DNA of 64,000 nucleotides from an uncultured Gammaproteobacteria bacterium (GCA_964485795.1 CAZAJQ010000002.1:65043-129042), one strand, 5' to 3'; shown: positions 46,491 through 56,120, numbered from the stretch's first letter. The notes: generated by a model not told the origin, from the letters alone. Made by a program: numbers and translations.

Positions 46491-47948
46491 TCAATATTCA
46501 CGCTCCTCGACGCTCAGATGCGTTGAAGGTTTTCGAAAATACGACAATAACTCATTCAAATCATGGCGATCCACGATGCGGAAAACAAATAGTCCGACTG
46601 TATAGATCAGCCCTCCGACGGGGATCGCAGCGAGAAAATGAATGAAATTTTTCGACCAAATCACCCCAAGCATCATGATCATCGCCAAAAAGAGAGTTTT
46701 CGCGAAAAAAAATACCATACCCATCCTCAATCGGACGAGGCGGTTTGCAAAAAACATGCCCAAAACAAGAAATATGCCGTAGCTTATCAAAAGCGAAATG
46801 CTGGCTCCAATATGCTGACTTCGGGGAATGAGTATGAAATTCAAGACAACATTGCTCACCAAGACGGCGGCCAAAATCCATGTATGCTGCTTTTGACGAT
46901 TGCAACCGTTCAGCAACGCTCCCACGGGAAACGTCAAAAAAGAAAAAATGATTGAGAGGCTCATGAAGGAAAGCGCGGGGATGGAAAGCGCAAAAGCATC
47001 GGAATACACCATCATAATGATATCCCGCGATAAAGCGAATATCCCAAACGCGATCGGAAATGAGATCACGGTCATATATTTCAATCCCGTTTCATAGAGA
47101 TGCGCCAGTTTCGCGCGATTCGTGTCATAAGCTTCGCTGATGGCTGGATATAATGCCGCGGAAAATGCGATGGGAATGAATTGCAAAGCAAAAGTGATCT
47201 TATACGGTACGGAATACAAGCCCAAAAATTTTTCACCGGAAAGAAACGCCAAGAGCAGCTGATCGGAAAGCCCGAAAAGTCGCGCAAACACGGCGGAAAG
47301 TGCAAACGGTATCGATAGAACGGTGATTTTTTTCATGAGCGAAACGTCCCGATAGGGCTTGATCGCGACACCCAATTTATTCCGGAGCAAAGCAGCCGAC
47401 CAGATGATCTGAAATACGCTTCCGACCAATAATGCGAAAAGCAAAGTGTACAGGGGAGCATGAAGGAGGAGAGCGCCCGTACCGACCAGCAACGTGATGG
47501 CCTGACTCACGATAATCGCCATCGATTCATAACGCAAATTTTGAAACCCGCGAAAAACTCCCCAAAAACTCAATGTAAATGCATCCAATATCATGGTCAG
47601 GAGAGCCAAAGCTATCATCAACTTCATGTCAAACGGCTTTTGGAGAAAAAAAAGCGATATCCCAAGCATCGCCGCAACCAATGCGGAGAGAAATGATTTG
47701 ACAACGCATATGGCCGAAAGGTAGGAGGCGGCTCGCTTGCGATCTTGCGCCACTTCGCGAATGAGAATCGGCGTGAATCCAAGGTCCACGAACACGGCAA
47801 AAAGCCCCGCAAATGAAAGCGAAAACGTATACATGCCGGTAGCCTCCACGCCGATAAAACGCGTTATCAACGTAAAGTAGAGAAAAGAAAAAATCTTTTG
47901 CCCCACATAGGCGAATGTCAAAAAAGTAGCGTTTTTTGCCAATGACAT
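46491..47948 (-). CDS. Polysaccharide biosynthesis flippase (Wzx, MOP superfamily)
   Basis: 485 aa, about 14 TM helices. The N-terminus MSLAKNATFLTFAYVGQKIFSFLYFTLITRFIG is typical of the Polysacc_synt family. Confidence 0.8.
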   Translation of the reverse strand: MSLAKNATFLTFAYVGQKIFSFLYFTLITRFIGVEATGMYTFSLSFAGLFAVFVDLGFTPILIREVAQDRKRAASYLSAICVVKSFLSALVAAMLGISLFFLQKPFDMKLMIALALLTMILDAFTLSFWGVFRGFQNLRYESMAIIVSQAITLLVGTGALLLHAPLYTLLFALLVGSVFQIIWSAALLRNKLGVAIKPYRDVSLMKKITVLSIPFALSAVFARLFGLSDQLLLAFLSGEKFLGLYSVPYKITFALQFIPIAFSAALYPAISEAYDTNRAKLAHLYETGLKYMTVISFPIAFGIFALSRDIIMMVYSDAFALSIPALSFMSLSIIFSFLTFPVGALLNGCNRQKQHTWILAAVLVSNVVLNFILIPRSQHIGASISLLISYGIFLVLGMFFANRLVRLRMGMVFFFAKTLFLAMIMMLGVIWSKNFIHFLAAIPVGGLIYTVGLFVFRIVDRHDLNELLSYFRKPSTHLSVEEREY

Positions 47949-48041
47949 AAAGACGAATAAAGATCCTCTCTGGTACCAGAGATCATATCATAAAAAAAGC
48001 CCGCAGATGAGCGGACTTTTTTCTTCTCACTGAAAAAAAGT

Positions 48042-48488
48042 TTAACGTTTGGCCCATTGCGGCGCTCGTCGGGCTTTTTTCAAACCCGGCTTACGACGCT
48101 CTTTCACTCTCGGATCGCGTGTGACAAAACCCGCCTTTCGAAGCGTTTTTTTGTTTTCCGGATCCAGCAAAACCAATGCCTTGGCGATACCATGTCGCAA
48201 GGCGTCCGATTGTCCGCGTTTTCCACCGCCATAGACTTTGGCATCCACGGAATATTCTTTTTTCATGCCCAGCACCTGAAACGGCGATACGATCGCATAC
48301 TTCATATCGGCCGTAAATCCCAAAACCTGTTCATAATTTTTCCCATTGACCACAATATCACCCTTGCCGGTCATATACAGCTTCACTCTCGCGATGGATG
48401 ATTTTCTCTTTCCCACCGCATAAAGGTACTTTCCTTCGAAAGCGGCTTTTGAGTCATTTGATTCGACTGATGGAGATGGCTTCGTCAT
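48042..48488 (-). CDS. rpsI: 30S ribosomal protein S9
   Basis: GKRKSSIARV...GGGKRGQSDALRHGIAKAL...RDPRVKERRKPGLKKARRAPQWAKR. Confidence 0.95.
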   Translation of the reverse strand: MTKPSPSVESNDSKAAFEGKYLYAVGKRKSSIARVKLYMTGKGDIVVNGKNYEQVLGFTADMKYAIVSPFQVLGMKKEYSVDAKVYGGGKRGQSDALRHGIAKALVLLDPENKKTLRKAGFVTRDPRVKERRKPGLKKARRAPQWAKR

Positions 48489-48494
48489 AAGAAA

Positions 48495-48857
48495 TTACTT
48501 GTTTATGGTCAAGCGTTTCAACCAGATTTTCTTTAATTTGTTCTTTGGCAGCATGGTATTGATAGCATGTTCCAAAACTTTTTTCGGATTATGCTCCATC
48601 AAAGAATCCATATGCTCCTCGATGATTCCGCCCGGATATCCGGTAAATCGATAATATTTTTTTTGCTCCAACTTTCGCCCTGAAGTGCGCATCTTTGAGA
48701 CGTTGTTGACGATCACAAAATGTCCCATATCGATATGGGGAGTGTAGTCAACGCGATTTTTCCCCCGTAAAAGTCGAACGATTTCCGAAGCCAATCTTCC
48801 CACGATTTTATCCGTGGCATCAAGCGTAATGGTTTTTCTTTCAAGAGTTGTATTCAT
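48495..48857 (-). CDS. rplM: 50S ribosomal protein L13
   Basis: ...LDATDKIVGRLASEIVRLLRGKN...YYRFTGYPGG... Confidence 0.95.
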   Translation of the reverse strand: MNTTLERKTITLDATDKIVGRLASEIVRLLRGKNRVDYTPHIDMGHFVIVNNVSKMRTSGRKLEQKKYYRFTGYPGGIIEEHMDSLMEHNPKKVLEHAINTMLPKNKLKKIWLKRLTINK

Positions 48858-48866
48858 ATCCTCGCC

Positions 48867-49217
48867 TTATACAAATTGAATAACCGACACTTTCGCGGCA
48901 TCTCCGCGTCGCTGCCCCATATTCATGATTCTCGTATACCCGCCGTTTCTCTTCGCGTATCGCGGACCGATCACTTCCAGCATTTTCTTGACGGCATTTT
49001 TGTCGGTAAAAAATCGCAACAATTGTCTTCGAGTCGCGATATCGTTGCTTCGGCTCTTGGTCACATAACGCTCGATTATCGGACGAATCTCTTTTGCTTT
49101 CGCTCGAGTCGTTTTGATCTTTTCATACAAAACCAAGCTGGTCGCCAAATTTCGAAGAAGCATTTTGCGATGCGGAGTGGTGCGTTTGAGAATTCTGCCC
49201 TTATGAAGATGTTTCAT
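48867..49217 (-). CDS. rplQ: 50S ribosomal protein L17
   Basis: MKHLHKGRILKRTTPHRKMLLRNLATSLVLYEKIKTTRAKAKE... Confidence 0.95.
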   Translation of the reverse strand: MKHLHKGRILKRTTPHRKMLLRNLATSLVLYEKIKTTRAKAKEIRPIIERYVTKSRSNDIATRRQLLRFFTDKNAVKKMLEVIGPRYAKRNGGYTRIMNMGQRRGDAAKVSVIQFV

Positions 49218-49235
49218 AGACTTCGGTCAATGGAA

Positions 49236-50114
49236 TTATTCGGTTTTTTTCGGTCTTCCGCGTTTTTTCTTTTCTTGCGTGGATTCGTCGGCGATCGGTG
49301 ATTCTTCCTGCGCGCCGGCTGTCAATCCCGCTTCCGCGACTTCCACGACATGTTCATCGGCCGTTGACGGTTCGACGGCGACTTTCGCGCGGCGCTCCTC
49401 GTCTTGCTTTGCAAGCGCTTCTTTGAGATTGGATTTGGTCATGAGATGCAGGTGCATGATAAGGGTATCGGCCGCATAAGCGCATGCCTCTTCGGCCGTG
49501 ATCGTGCCGTCGGTTTCGACGGTCAAAATGAGCTTGTCAAAATTCGTCATCTCACCGACGCGAACGTTTTCAATCTTGTAGCCGACATTGACGAGAGGAA
49601 CAAAAATACTGTCAATATCGATCACTCCGACCTCTTCTCGATCGGTTCTCTGCTCCGTAGCATAGTAGCCAAAACCTTTTTTCACGAAAATATCCATTTC
49701 AATAGGCTTTTTTGCATCCGTCACCGTAAAAAGCGCAAAGTCCGTATTAATGATCTCAACAGCCGAATTTTTGTCTATTTGCCCGGCTTTCACGATCCCC
49801 TCTTCATCGACTTTCAGATGCAGTCGAATCTCTTCATCCGTGTTTTCAAAAATTTTCATGCGCAGCTTTTTGAATCGCAAAATTATCTCAATAGCATCTT
49901 CCAGCACCCCAGGTATCGTGGCAAATTCATGATCCACTCCCTTAATTTTTATGGCCGTAACCGCCGCTCCGGGAATCGACGACAAAAGTACGCGACGCAA
50001 AGTATTGCCAAGCGTTGTCCCATACCCAGGGAAAAGCGGCTCAAAAATAAGCTCCGACTTTTTGTCCGTAATGTTATGAAATTGAATTTTTTCAGGCAAT
50101 GGTATGGTTTTCAT
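49236..50114 (-). CDS. rpoA: DNA-directed RNA polymerase alpha subunit, no recognisable alpha-CTD; Lys/Arg AT-hook-like C-terminus
   Basis: N-terminal domain (...FEPLFPGYGTTLGNTLRRVLLSSIPGAAVTAIKIKGVDHEF...) is canonical. No alpha-CTD helix-hairpin-helix segment is recognisable in the tail. The protein ends with an acidic linker then ...TQEKKKRGRPKKTE (RGRP AT-hook core). 292 aa. Confidence 0.9.
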   Translation of the reverse strand: MKTIPLPEKIQFHNITDKKSELIFEPLFPGYGTTLGNTLRRVLLSSIPGAAVTAIKIKGVDHEFATIPGVLEDAIEIILRFKKLRMKIFENTDEEIRLHLKVDEEGIVKAGQIDKNSAVEIINTDFALFTVTDAKKPIEMDIFVKKGFGYYATEQRTDREEVGVIDIDSIFVPLVNVGYKIENVRVGEMTNFDKLILTVETDGTITAEEACAYAADTLIMHLHLMTKSNLKEALAKQDEERRAKVAVEPSTADEHVVEVAEAGLTAGAQEESPIADESTQEKKKRGRPKKTE

Positions 50115-50183
50115 ATTTTTGATGATAAATTTTTACCTTTCGGCCGTACGCATTTATCATGTTAATGATGAATAAAAAAATGA

Positions 50184-50798
50184 TTATCTTGAATAAAATT
50201 CGACAACGGTTTTGACATTCGCCGTTTCCATCTGACTCGTCACATCCGGATCGGAAATGATTTTGCCTTCGAATTTTGCGGCATCAAGGTACAGCCACCC
50301 GGGTATGTTTTTGCCGGTCAAATCTTTTGCCAAATCACGGTACATCTTGGACTGCTTGCTTTTTTCGCGGATACTGATGATTTCTCCGGTTTTCACGCGA
50401 TATGAGGGGATATTTACTTTTTTGCCGTTCACAAGGATATGAGCGTGAGAAACTTTTTGCCTCGCTTCGGCGCGGGTTTTGGCGAACCCAAGTCGGTAAA
50501 TGACATTGTCCAGTCGACGCTCCAAAAACTGCAAAAGATACAAGCCCGTATCACCTCTCTTCACCCTCGCTTCCTTGTATGCCTTGATAAATTGCTTTTC
50601 TCGCAATCCATAGGAACGCTTCAGCCTTTGCTTGGTGCGAAATGCCGTCCCATATTCGGTCAATCTCGGCATACCCTTGGGGCCATGCATTCCCGGCGGA
50701 TATTTTCGTCGCGTCAAAACCTTTGCGCACGATTCATTGTCAAAAATCTTTACACCCTCTCGTCTGCAAATTTTTCCTTTGGTTAATTTTGATGGCAT
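50184..50798 (-). CDS. rpsD: 30S ribosomal protein S4
   Basis: MPSKLTKGKICRREGVKIF...PGMHG... plus the S4 domain. Confidence 0.95.
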   Translation of the reverse strand: MPSKLTKGKICRREGVKIFDNESCAKVLTRRKYPPGMHGPKGMPRLTEYGTAFRTKQRLKRSYGLREKQFIKAYKEARVKRGDTGLYLLQFLERRLDNVIYRLGFAKTRAEARQKVSHAHILVNGKKVNIPSYRVKTGEIISIREKSKQSKMYRDLAKDLTGKNIPGWLYLDAAKFEGKIISDPDVTSQMETANVKTVVEFYSR

Positions 50799-50810
50799 AC
50801 GTGAATATAA

Positions 50811-51212
50811 TTATACTCTTCGAGGTCTCGGAGGACGGCATCCATTGTGCGGAATGGGGGTGATATCTTTGATCGTGATAACTTCCAATCCATTGGCGTT
50901 CAAGGCTCTGACCGCGGATTCTCTTCCCGTACCGACTCCTTTCAAAAATACGTCGACCTGCTTCATCTGATGAGAAATCTTTGCGGCGGCGTCCTTCACG
51001 ATCATTTGCGCCGCATAAGCCGTGGCTTTTTTGGGACCCTTGAACCCCATTTTCCCCGCGCTTGCCCATGACAGAACATTCCCCTTTTCATCCGTAAAGG
51101 TTACCAAGGTGTTGTTGTACGTGGCCTTGATATAGGCGCGACCTCGAGAAGGGATGGATACCTTTTTGCGTTTTTTCCGAGCTCCTTTTTCTTGGGCTAA
51201 AGCCATATGCAA
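50811..51212 (-). CDS. rpsK: 30S ribosomal protein S11
   Basis: ...[30 protein letters not shown]...[26 protein letters not shown]. Confidence 0.95.
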   Translation of the reverse strand: MHMALAQEKGARKKRKKVSIPSRGRAYIKATYNNTLVTFTDEKGNVLSWASAGKMGFKGPKKATAYAAQMIVKDAAAKISHQMKQVDVFLKGVGTGRESAVRALNANGLEVITIKDITPIPHNGCRPPRPRRV

Positions 51213-51224
51213 TGTTTAGAAAAA

Positions 51225-51611
51225 TTATGTCTTCTGACCGGTAAGCTTGCGTCCGCTTCCCATGGTCTTGCGAACGTTTCCTCGGACGGTGCGGCTATTG
51301 GTCTTGGTTCTCTGCCCTCTCACCGGAAGACGCTTGGCATGACGAATGCCTCGATAGCAATTGATTTCGCGAAGCAAACGAATATTCAGAAGCTTTTGGC
51401 GACGAAGATCTCCTTCAACGACCATTTTTTTTACGGCATCACGAATGAGATTGACCTGATCGTCGGAAAGGCTTTTGGTGCGGATGCTTTTGTCGATCCC
51501 AAGATCATCCAAAATGCGTACCGACATTTTACGACCGATGCCATAAATGTACATGAGTGCGACCTCGATTCTTTTGTTATCCGGCAATGCCACTCCTGAG
51601 ATGCGTACCAT
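51225..51611 (-). CDS. rpsM: 30S ribosomal protein S13
   Basis: MVRISGVALPDNKRIEVALMYIYGIGR... Confidence 0.95.
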   Translation of the reverse strand: MVRISGVALPDNKRIEVALMYIYGIGRKMSVRILDDLGIDKSIRTKSLSDDQVNLIRDAVKKMVVEGDLRRQKLLNIRLLREINCYRGIRHAKRLPVRGQRTKTNSRTVRGNVRKTMGSGRKLTGQKT

Positions 51612-51646
51612 AAAAAAAATTTAATTCTCTAAAGAATACATTTGGA

Positions 51647-51763
51647 TTATCCCTGTCTCTGTTTATGCTTGGCGATTTTTTTACAAATCACCACCACTCG
51701 CCCTTTGCGTCTGGTGATGATGCAATCCTTGCAGATTTTTTTGACCGATGCTCTGACTTTCAT
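51647..51763 (-). CDS. rpmJ: 50S ribosomal protein L36 (38 aa; missed by ORF track)
   Basis: Manual translation: [38 protein letters not shown]. Canonical L36 with a CxxC...C...H zinc ribbon, in the expected infA-rpmJ-rpsM position. Confidence 0.85.
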   Translation of the reverse strand: MKVRASVKKICKDCIITRRKGRVVVICKKIAKHKQRQG

Positions 51764-51800
51764 AAACCAAAAGTTCGTAAGATAATTTTATCTGAAACCA

Positions 51801-52019
51801 TCAATATCGATAGACGATTCTTCCCTTGGTAAGATCATAGGGACTGAACTCGATCTTTACTTTGTCCCCGGGCATGACTTTGATCTTGTGCATGCGAATC
51901 TTCCCCGACAGATGCGCTAAAATCGTATGACCGTTTTCCATGGTCACGCGAAACCGCGCTGCGGGTAAAGCTTCAAAAACGGTACCGTCCATGGTAAGGA
52001 CTTCTTTACCCTGCGTCAT
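51801..52019 (-). CDS. infA: Translation initiation factor IF-1
   Basis: [72 protein letters not shown]. Confidence 0.95.
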   Translation of the reverse strand: MTQGKEVLTMDGTVFEALPAARFRVTMENGHTILAHLSGKIRMHKIKVMPGDKVKIEFSPYDLTKGRIVYRY

Positions 52020-52131
52020 AGCTGAATACCTTCAAAGAAAAAAAATGAATCATGCAGAGAATCAATAAAAAATATGGATATACCTCTGATACCCACATTT
52101 GATCTTTTGGCTGAAAATCGTACTTTTTTGA

Positions 52132-52158
52132 ACATTAATGATAGTATACGGGTTCAAA
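52132..52158 (-). promoter_or_regulatory. Candidate sigma70 promoter for infA-rpmJ-rpsM... (TTGACT, 16 nt spacer, TATACT on minus strand)
   Basis: Reverse complement reads ttgacttttctttttgaacccgtatact, about 110 nt upstream of infA. Confidence 0.35.
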
Positions 52159-52290
52159 AAGAAAAGTCAAGGATTGCGCTGCCGTATCGAGCAGCTCAAT
52201 GTCTTCGAAGCACAAAAAATCAATAAATAAACCTCCTTTCTCGACTTGCTATGAAACAAGTGAAAAAAGAGGTTTAAACGTGATACGCCC

Positions 52291-53649
52291 TCAGCTTTTT
52301 AAGAGTCGTATCCTCATATTTCTGTAGTTGACCATGAAATCGACTATCCATGGGAGTTTCATAAACTCATCACGCTTACTCAATGTATCCCATAAAAGAT
52401 CGAAAACTTTGATGAAATGCTTTTGGCCGTGATTCGCCTGATAGAGACAGTACATGACCGCCATCATCTCCTCCACGGATTTAAAAACGGTCCAGGAAAA
52501 ACCATCCTTTTTATTCTTCGCCCCTTTTACCGACAATCCGTACAGCTCAGTTATTCTCGAAATAAAATGGATAGGTATGAACTGAGACAGTGGCTTGATA
52601 TATTTTTCTTGAAACATTGCCTCATCTTCAGCTTTCCATTTTTTTCCGAATGAACCTTTTTTCTGATAGGAAGCCATATCTCCCAAAAATATTTCTCCCA
52701 TATCATGAATGAGGGACATCAATACATAGTCTCGAGGCTCTATTCTCCGATAATGAGGAGAAAGGATGGAGAATCCTGCTCTGCAAAGTTTGATGATATG
52801 CTCCAGAACAGTTTCATAATTTCCATAAACTTCTCCGTTGGCTCTGCTGATCCAGCGGTTAATCCCGTCGAGCGAAAAAATGGCATCAAGAAAAAAAATG
52901 GCATGATCATCGTTCATAGACCCTGAAAAAAAAATTTGCCAATACTTCTTTTTTGATAACGCCTCTTTGCATTTTTTAAATTGGAGTTGGCAAAAAAAAC
53001 TTCCCCAGGCTGCTTTTTTTGCATCGATTGCCATGGACACTTGTACACGCCAGTACAACCAGTCGCAAATCATGATGCAATCATTGATCAATTCGGATCC
53101 CTGTTCTCGAGTCAAATTCAAAGAATCTTTTACAAACCGCGTGTCCCGGCTGTCCAAATAGGGAACCTTCAAATCAAATACATGCTTTGACTCTTGAGCG
53201 TACAGCTTGAAAATTTCCACTTGCAAATCATAGTGATTCAAAGCCAAACTGGTTACATCTCCCATCCGATGCCATATCAGATCTCGAAAAAGAATATGGG
53301 AAAACAGCCGCGCCTCCAAACTTTCAGCTCCTTCCGACATATCCATTCCATAGATATCGCAGAGTTCCTCATATGTCTTTTCGTGCAGCATGGCGCAGAG
53401 AATAAACAATCGCAAATACGCCTGATGAAGCCCCGTGAACTTTTTTGGAGGAAAATAGAAAGCACACTTGTACGGCTCATACTCACGAAGTATTTTGCAC
53501 ATCCACGCGTCAAACTCCAGATGCTGCTTTAATGTTTGAGTCGATACTTTCTTTCCCGTTTTTGGAGATTTTTCTTTCATACAAAAGTCCTTTCCATTCA
53601 AATAAAAATAACAAAAAACATGCCACGACATCCGTATCATAGCATCCAT
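52291..53649 (-). CDS. Hypothetical protein with C-terminal HD-domain-like phosphohydrolase motifs
   Basis: ...ETVLEHIIKLC...(28 aa)...LMSLIHDMGEIFLGD... matches the H...HD...D pattern of HD domains. The N-terminal 250 aa have no recognisable family. AT-rich ORF inserted upstream of infA. Confidence 0.5.
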   Translation of the reverse strand: MDAMIRMSWHVFCYFYLNGKDFCMKEKSPKTGKKVSTQTLKQHLEFDAWMCKILREYEPYKCAFYFPPKKFTGLHQAYLRLFILCAMLHEKTYEELCDIYGMDMSEGAESLEARLFSHILFRDLIWHRMGDVTSLALNHYDLQVEIFKLYAQESKHVFDLKVPYLDSRDTRFVKDSLNLTREQGSELINDCIMICDWLYWRVQVSMAIDAKKAAWGSFFCQLQFKKCKEALSKKKYWQIFFSGSMNDDHAIFFLDAIFSLDGINRWISRANGEVYGNYETVLEHIIKLCRAGFSILSPHYRRIEPRDYVLMSLIHDMGEIFLGDMASYQKKGSFGKKWKAEDEAMFQEKYIKPLSQFIPIHFISRITELYGLSVKGAKNKKDGFSWTVFKSVEEMMAVMYCLYQANHGQKHFIKVFDLLWDTLSKRDEFMKLPWIVDFMVNYRNMRIRLLKS

Positions 53650-53752
53650 ACATTAGTAAATCTCATCACGAAAGTCAAAAATAAGAAATAAAAAAGCCTC
53701 CCTTGTATCGTTTCTTGTTACAACACGCGGGAGGCAATATTCCTGTTTTAAA

Positions 53753-54001
53753 TTACACGGGACTGTGCTTCTTGAGAAGCACTTCAATCATGGTGACTAG
53801 GTCGCCGATGGTTTCTCTGGGCCCTTCATAACTATGGGTTTTTACATTGAATAAATCTTCTATTCGGTTATAAAGAACCAGATAACCAATCTCATCAAAC
53901 CATCCACTCAGTGGGGTACTTTCCATGATAAGTTCCCCGGGAATGGGCGTGTCTTCGAATAGAATTGTTGCTAATGTAGTAAAAATTTCAGCTCGGTTCA
54001 C
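53753..54001 (-). CDS. Small hypothetical protein, possibly carrier-protein-like (82 aa)
   Basis: Segment ESTPLSGWFDEIGYLVLYNRIEDLF loosely resembles the helix-II region of ACP/DltC-type carrier proteins. Hairpin plus U-run (53675-53735) downstream. Weak assignment. Confidence 0.3.
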   Translation of the reverse strand: MNRAEIFTTLATILFEDTPIPGELIMESTPLSGWFDEIGYLVLYNRIEDLFNVKTHSYEGPRETIGDLVTMIEVLLKKHSPV

Positions 54002-54262
54002 TCTTTTTTATCCTTTCATAAAAAAGCAGTCCATATCCTAAAACTTTTTTTAAGGTTTCACTAAACCCCTTTTTCTTACATGCTCATGTCCTTTGAGGTT
54101 TTCAGAGTTTTTTTCGTTGGCCTCCTTCATCTGAAAAAACCTACCTTTCTTTATTTCTTTATCAAAACAACGAACAAAACAACAAATAGTATCCACTCCA
54201 AGCTCGGAAGTCAAGCTATCGCATTGAATCCCCCCTTGGTATACAAACGACTTCTTGTCATT

Positions 54263-55384
54263 CTATCCTCCCGCCAAATTCACGAAAAACCCGAAAATTC
54301 TGCCTCCATATCTCTGGATATCCTGAAACGTCACCACCACCATCAGAGTTATCAGAAGCGCAAAGCCGATGCCGTGGGCGATATTTTCAAATCGCATGCT
54401 CAGCGACCTTCCTCCGCGAAGAAGCTCAAAAAACAGAAAGAGAATACGCCCCCCATCAAGAGCCGGAAAAGGAAGAATATTCACAATCGCAAGGTTCAAA
54501 GAAAGAAAAGCCGAGAATTGCAAAAGCTGCACAAAACCTCGCTCCACGACCTCGCCGGTCAAAACCGCAATGCCTATGGGGCCAGTCACTTCAAAGTCAA
54601 CCTTTTCACGCTGAATAAACTTCACGACCAATCCCGCGAGCGCCTTTCCCACCTCCCATGTAATCACGGCCGTTTCAGAAAAACCTTTCACTGCAGCATT
54701 CAAAGGAGCATAAGAGACGATCCCGATATGCGCCAATTCGATGCCGAGAATATTTTTTTGATAATCATCATTCCATTCGGTTTTCACCCAAAAATTCAAT
54801 ATTTCCTGCTTCCGTTGCAAAGCCAGACTGATTTCGCGATCTTCTCCCTCTCTCAAAATTGCATTGAACTCATCGGTATTCTTGACGGGTCGATAATTGA
54901 CGCTCAAAATGCGATCATGGGAAAGAATTCCAGCTTCATATGCGGGGCTTTTTTCAAGAACGGAAACGATTTCCACACGGCTGTCGGAAATCATGGCCGC
55001 GGAATCATCGGAAACCCGATCCAATGGCATGGTGACGCCCATCATGAATGTCACGGACAAAAGTACGCCCGCCAAAATCATATTCATGATCACTCCGGCG
55101 CTCAGAATATATGCGCGCGCCAGGATGCTTTTGTTTGAAAAACTGCTCGGGTTTTCCCGATCTTCGCCGGTTTCGCCTTTGATTTTCACAAACCCTCCCA
55201 AAGGAATCCAGTTGACTGAATACAAGGTATCGCCTTTTCGATACGAAAAAATCCGCGGTGGAAATCCGATCGCAAATTCATCAACCTGCACGCCCATGTG
55301 CTTGGCGGCCATAAAATGACCGAGCTCGTGGACAAACACGAGCAATGCAAGGACGGCTATGAATGCAAGTATGGTGGATATCAT
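54263..55384 (-). CDS. rseP: Site-2 protease RseP (M50 zinc metalloprotease with PDZ)
   Basis: MISTILAFIAVLALLVFVHELGHFMAAK (HExxH in TM1). PDZ region. C-terminal TM helices with an LDGG motif. Confidence 0.9.
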   Translation of the reverse strand: MISTILAFIAVLALLVFVHELGHFMAAKHMGVQVDEFAIGFPPRIFSYRKGDTLYSVNWIPLGGFVKIKGETGEDRENPSSFSNKSILARAYILSAGVIMNMILAGVLLSVTFMMGVTMPLDRVSDDSAAMISDSRVEIVSVLEKSPAYEAGILSHDRILSVNYRPVKNTDEFNAILREGEDREISLALQRKQEILNFWVKTEWNDDYQKNILGIELAHIGIVSYAPLNAAVKGFSETAVITWEVGKALAGLVVKFIQREKVDFEVTGPIGIAVLTGEVVERGFVQLLQFSAFLSLNLAIVNILPFPALDGGRILFLFFELLRGGRSLSMRFENIAHGIGFALLITLMVVVTFQDIQRYGGRIFGFFVNLAGG

Positions 55385-55396
55385 GAAACAATGGGG

Positions 55397-55951
55397 TTAT
55401 ATTTCCCGCAACTCGGTCGATTTTTTCTCTGCCAATTCACGAATTTTTTCATTATATTCGCCGCAAAACATATCCAGCTCTTTCAAATATCGAAATTTAT
55501 CGTCTTCGGTGATATCTTTCCCCTTTTCGGCTTCCAATATCGTTTCGCGAGCCTTGTCCCTCGCCTGTCGAACCTTGATTTTTGCATCTTCGACTTTTTC
55601 ACCGAGCTTTTTTATCAGCTCATTTCTTCGCTCCTCGGTAAGCGGAACCATTCCGATCCGAATCATATTCCCTTCATTGACCGGCGAAAATCCAAGATTC
55701 GCGGCGGCGATGCTCCTTTCAATATCTTTAATCACGGACTTGTCCCAAGGCTCGATGGCGATCGTTTTCGGATCCGGCGCTGAAATACTCGCCAATTGCT
55801 TGAGCGGGCTTCGCATGCCATAGGCTTCGATACTGATGTCTTCGACCATCGCGGGATTGGCCCTGCCGGTACGAATCGTCACAATGTCTTTTTTGAAATA
55901 CTCGATAATGCCGTCAAATTGAGGTTTGTGTTCGAATACAAATGGATTCAT
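55397..55951 (-). CDS. frr: Ribosome recycling factor
   Basis: ...FDGIIEYFKKDIVTIRTGRANPAMVEDISIEAYG...TEERRNELIKK... Start set at the internal Met (MNPFVFEH), giving 184 aa. Confidence 0.9.
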   Translation of the reverse strand: MNPFVFEHKPQFDGIIEYFKKDIVTIRTGRANPAMVEDISIEAYGMRSPLKQLASISAPDPKTIAIEPWDKSVIKDIERSIAAANLGFSPVNEGNMIRIGMVPLTEERRNELIKKLGEKVEDAKIKVRQARDKARETILEAEKGKDITEDDKFRYLKELDMFCGEYNEKIRELAEKKSTELREI

Positions 55952-56120
55952 AGGAGAGTACGTTATCCAAAAATTATGAGGTTGCCGATCTATTACAAAA
56001 TATCGTCGGAATATCTGCACGGCGTAATAGGCTTGCTTTACTACCGCATGTGGCTTCAATATCTTTCATAATTTTCCGTTCATTGTCAATGATTCGGAAA
56101 CGCTCCATGTGATGAAAGTT

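Noticed and set aside
54080-55138. 352-aa plus-strand ORF, His/Lys-rich
   Set aside because: Entirely antisense to a well-supported rseP. Low-complexity composition. It is an artefact of the long open antisense frame.
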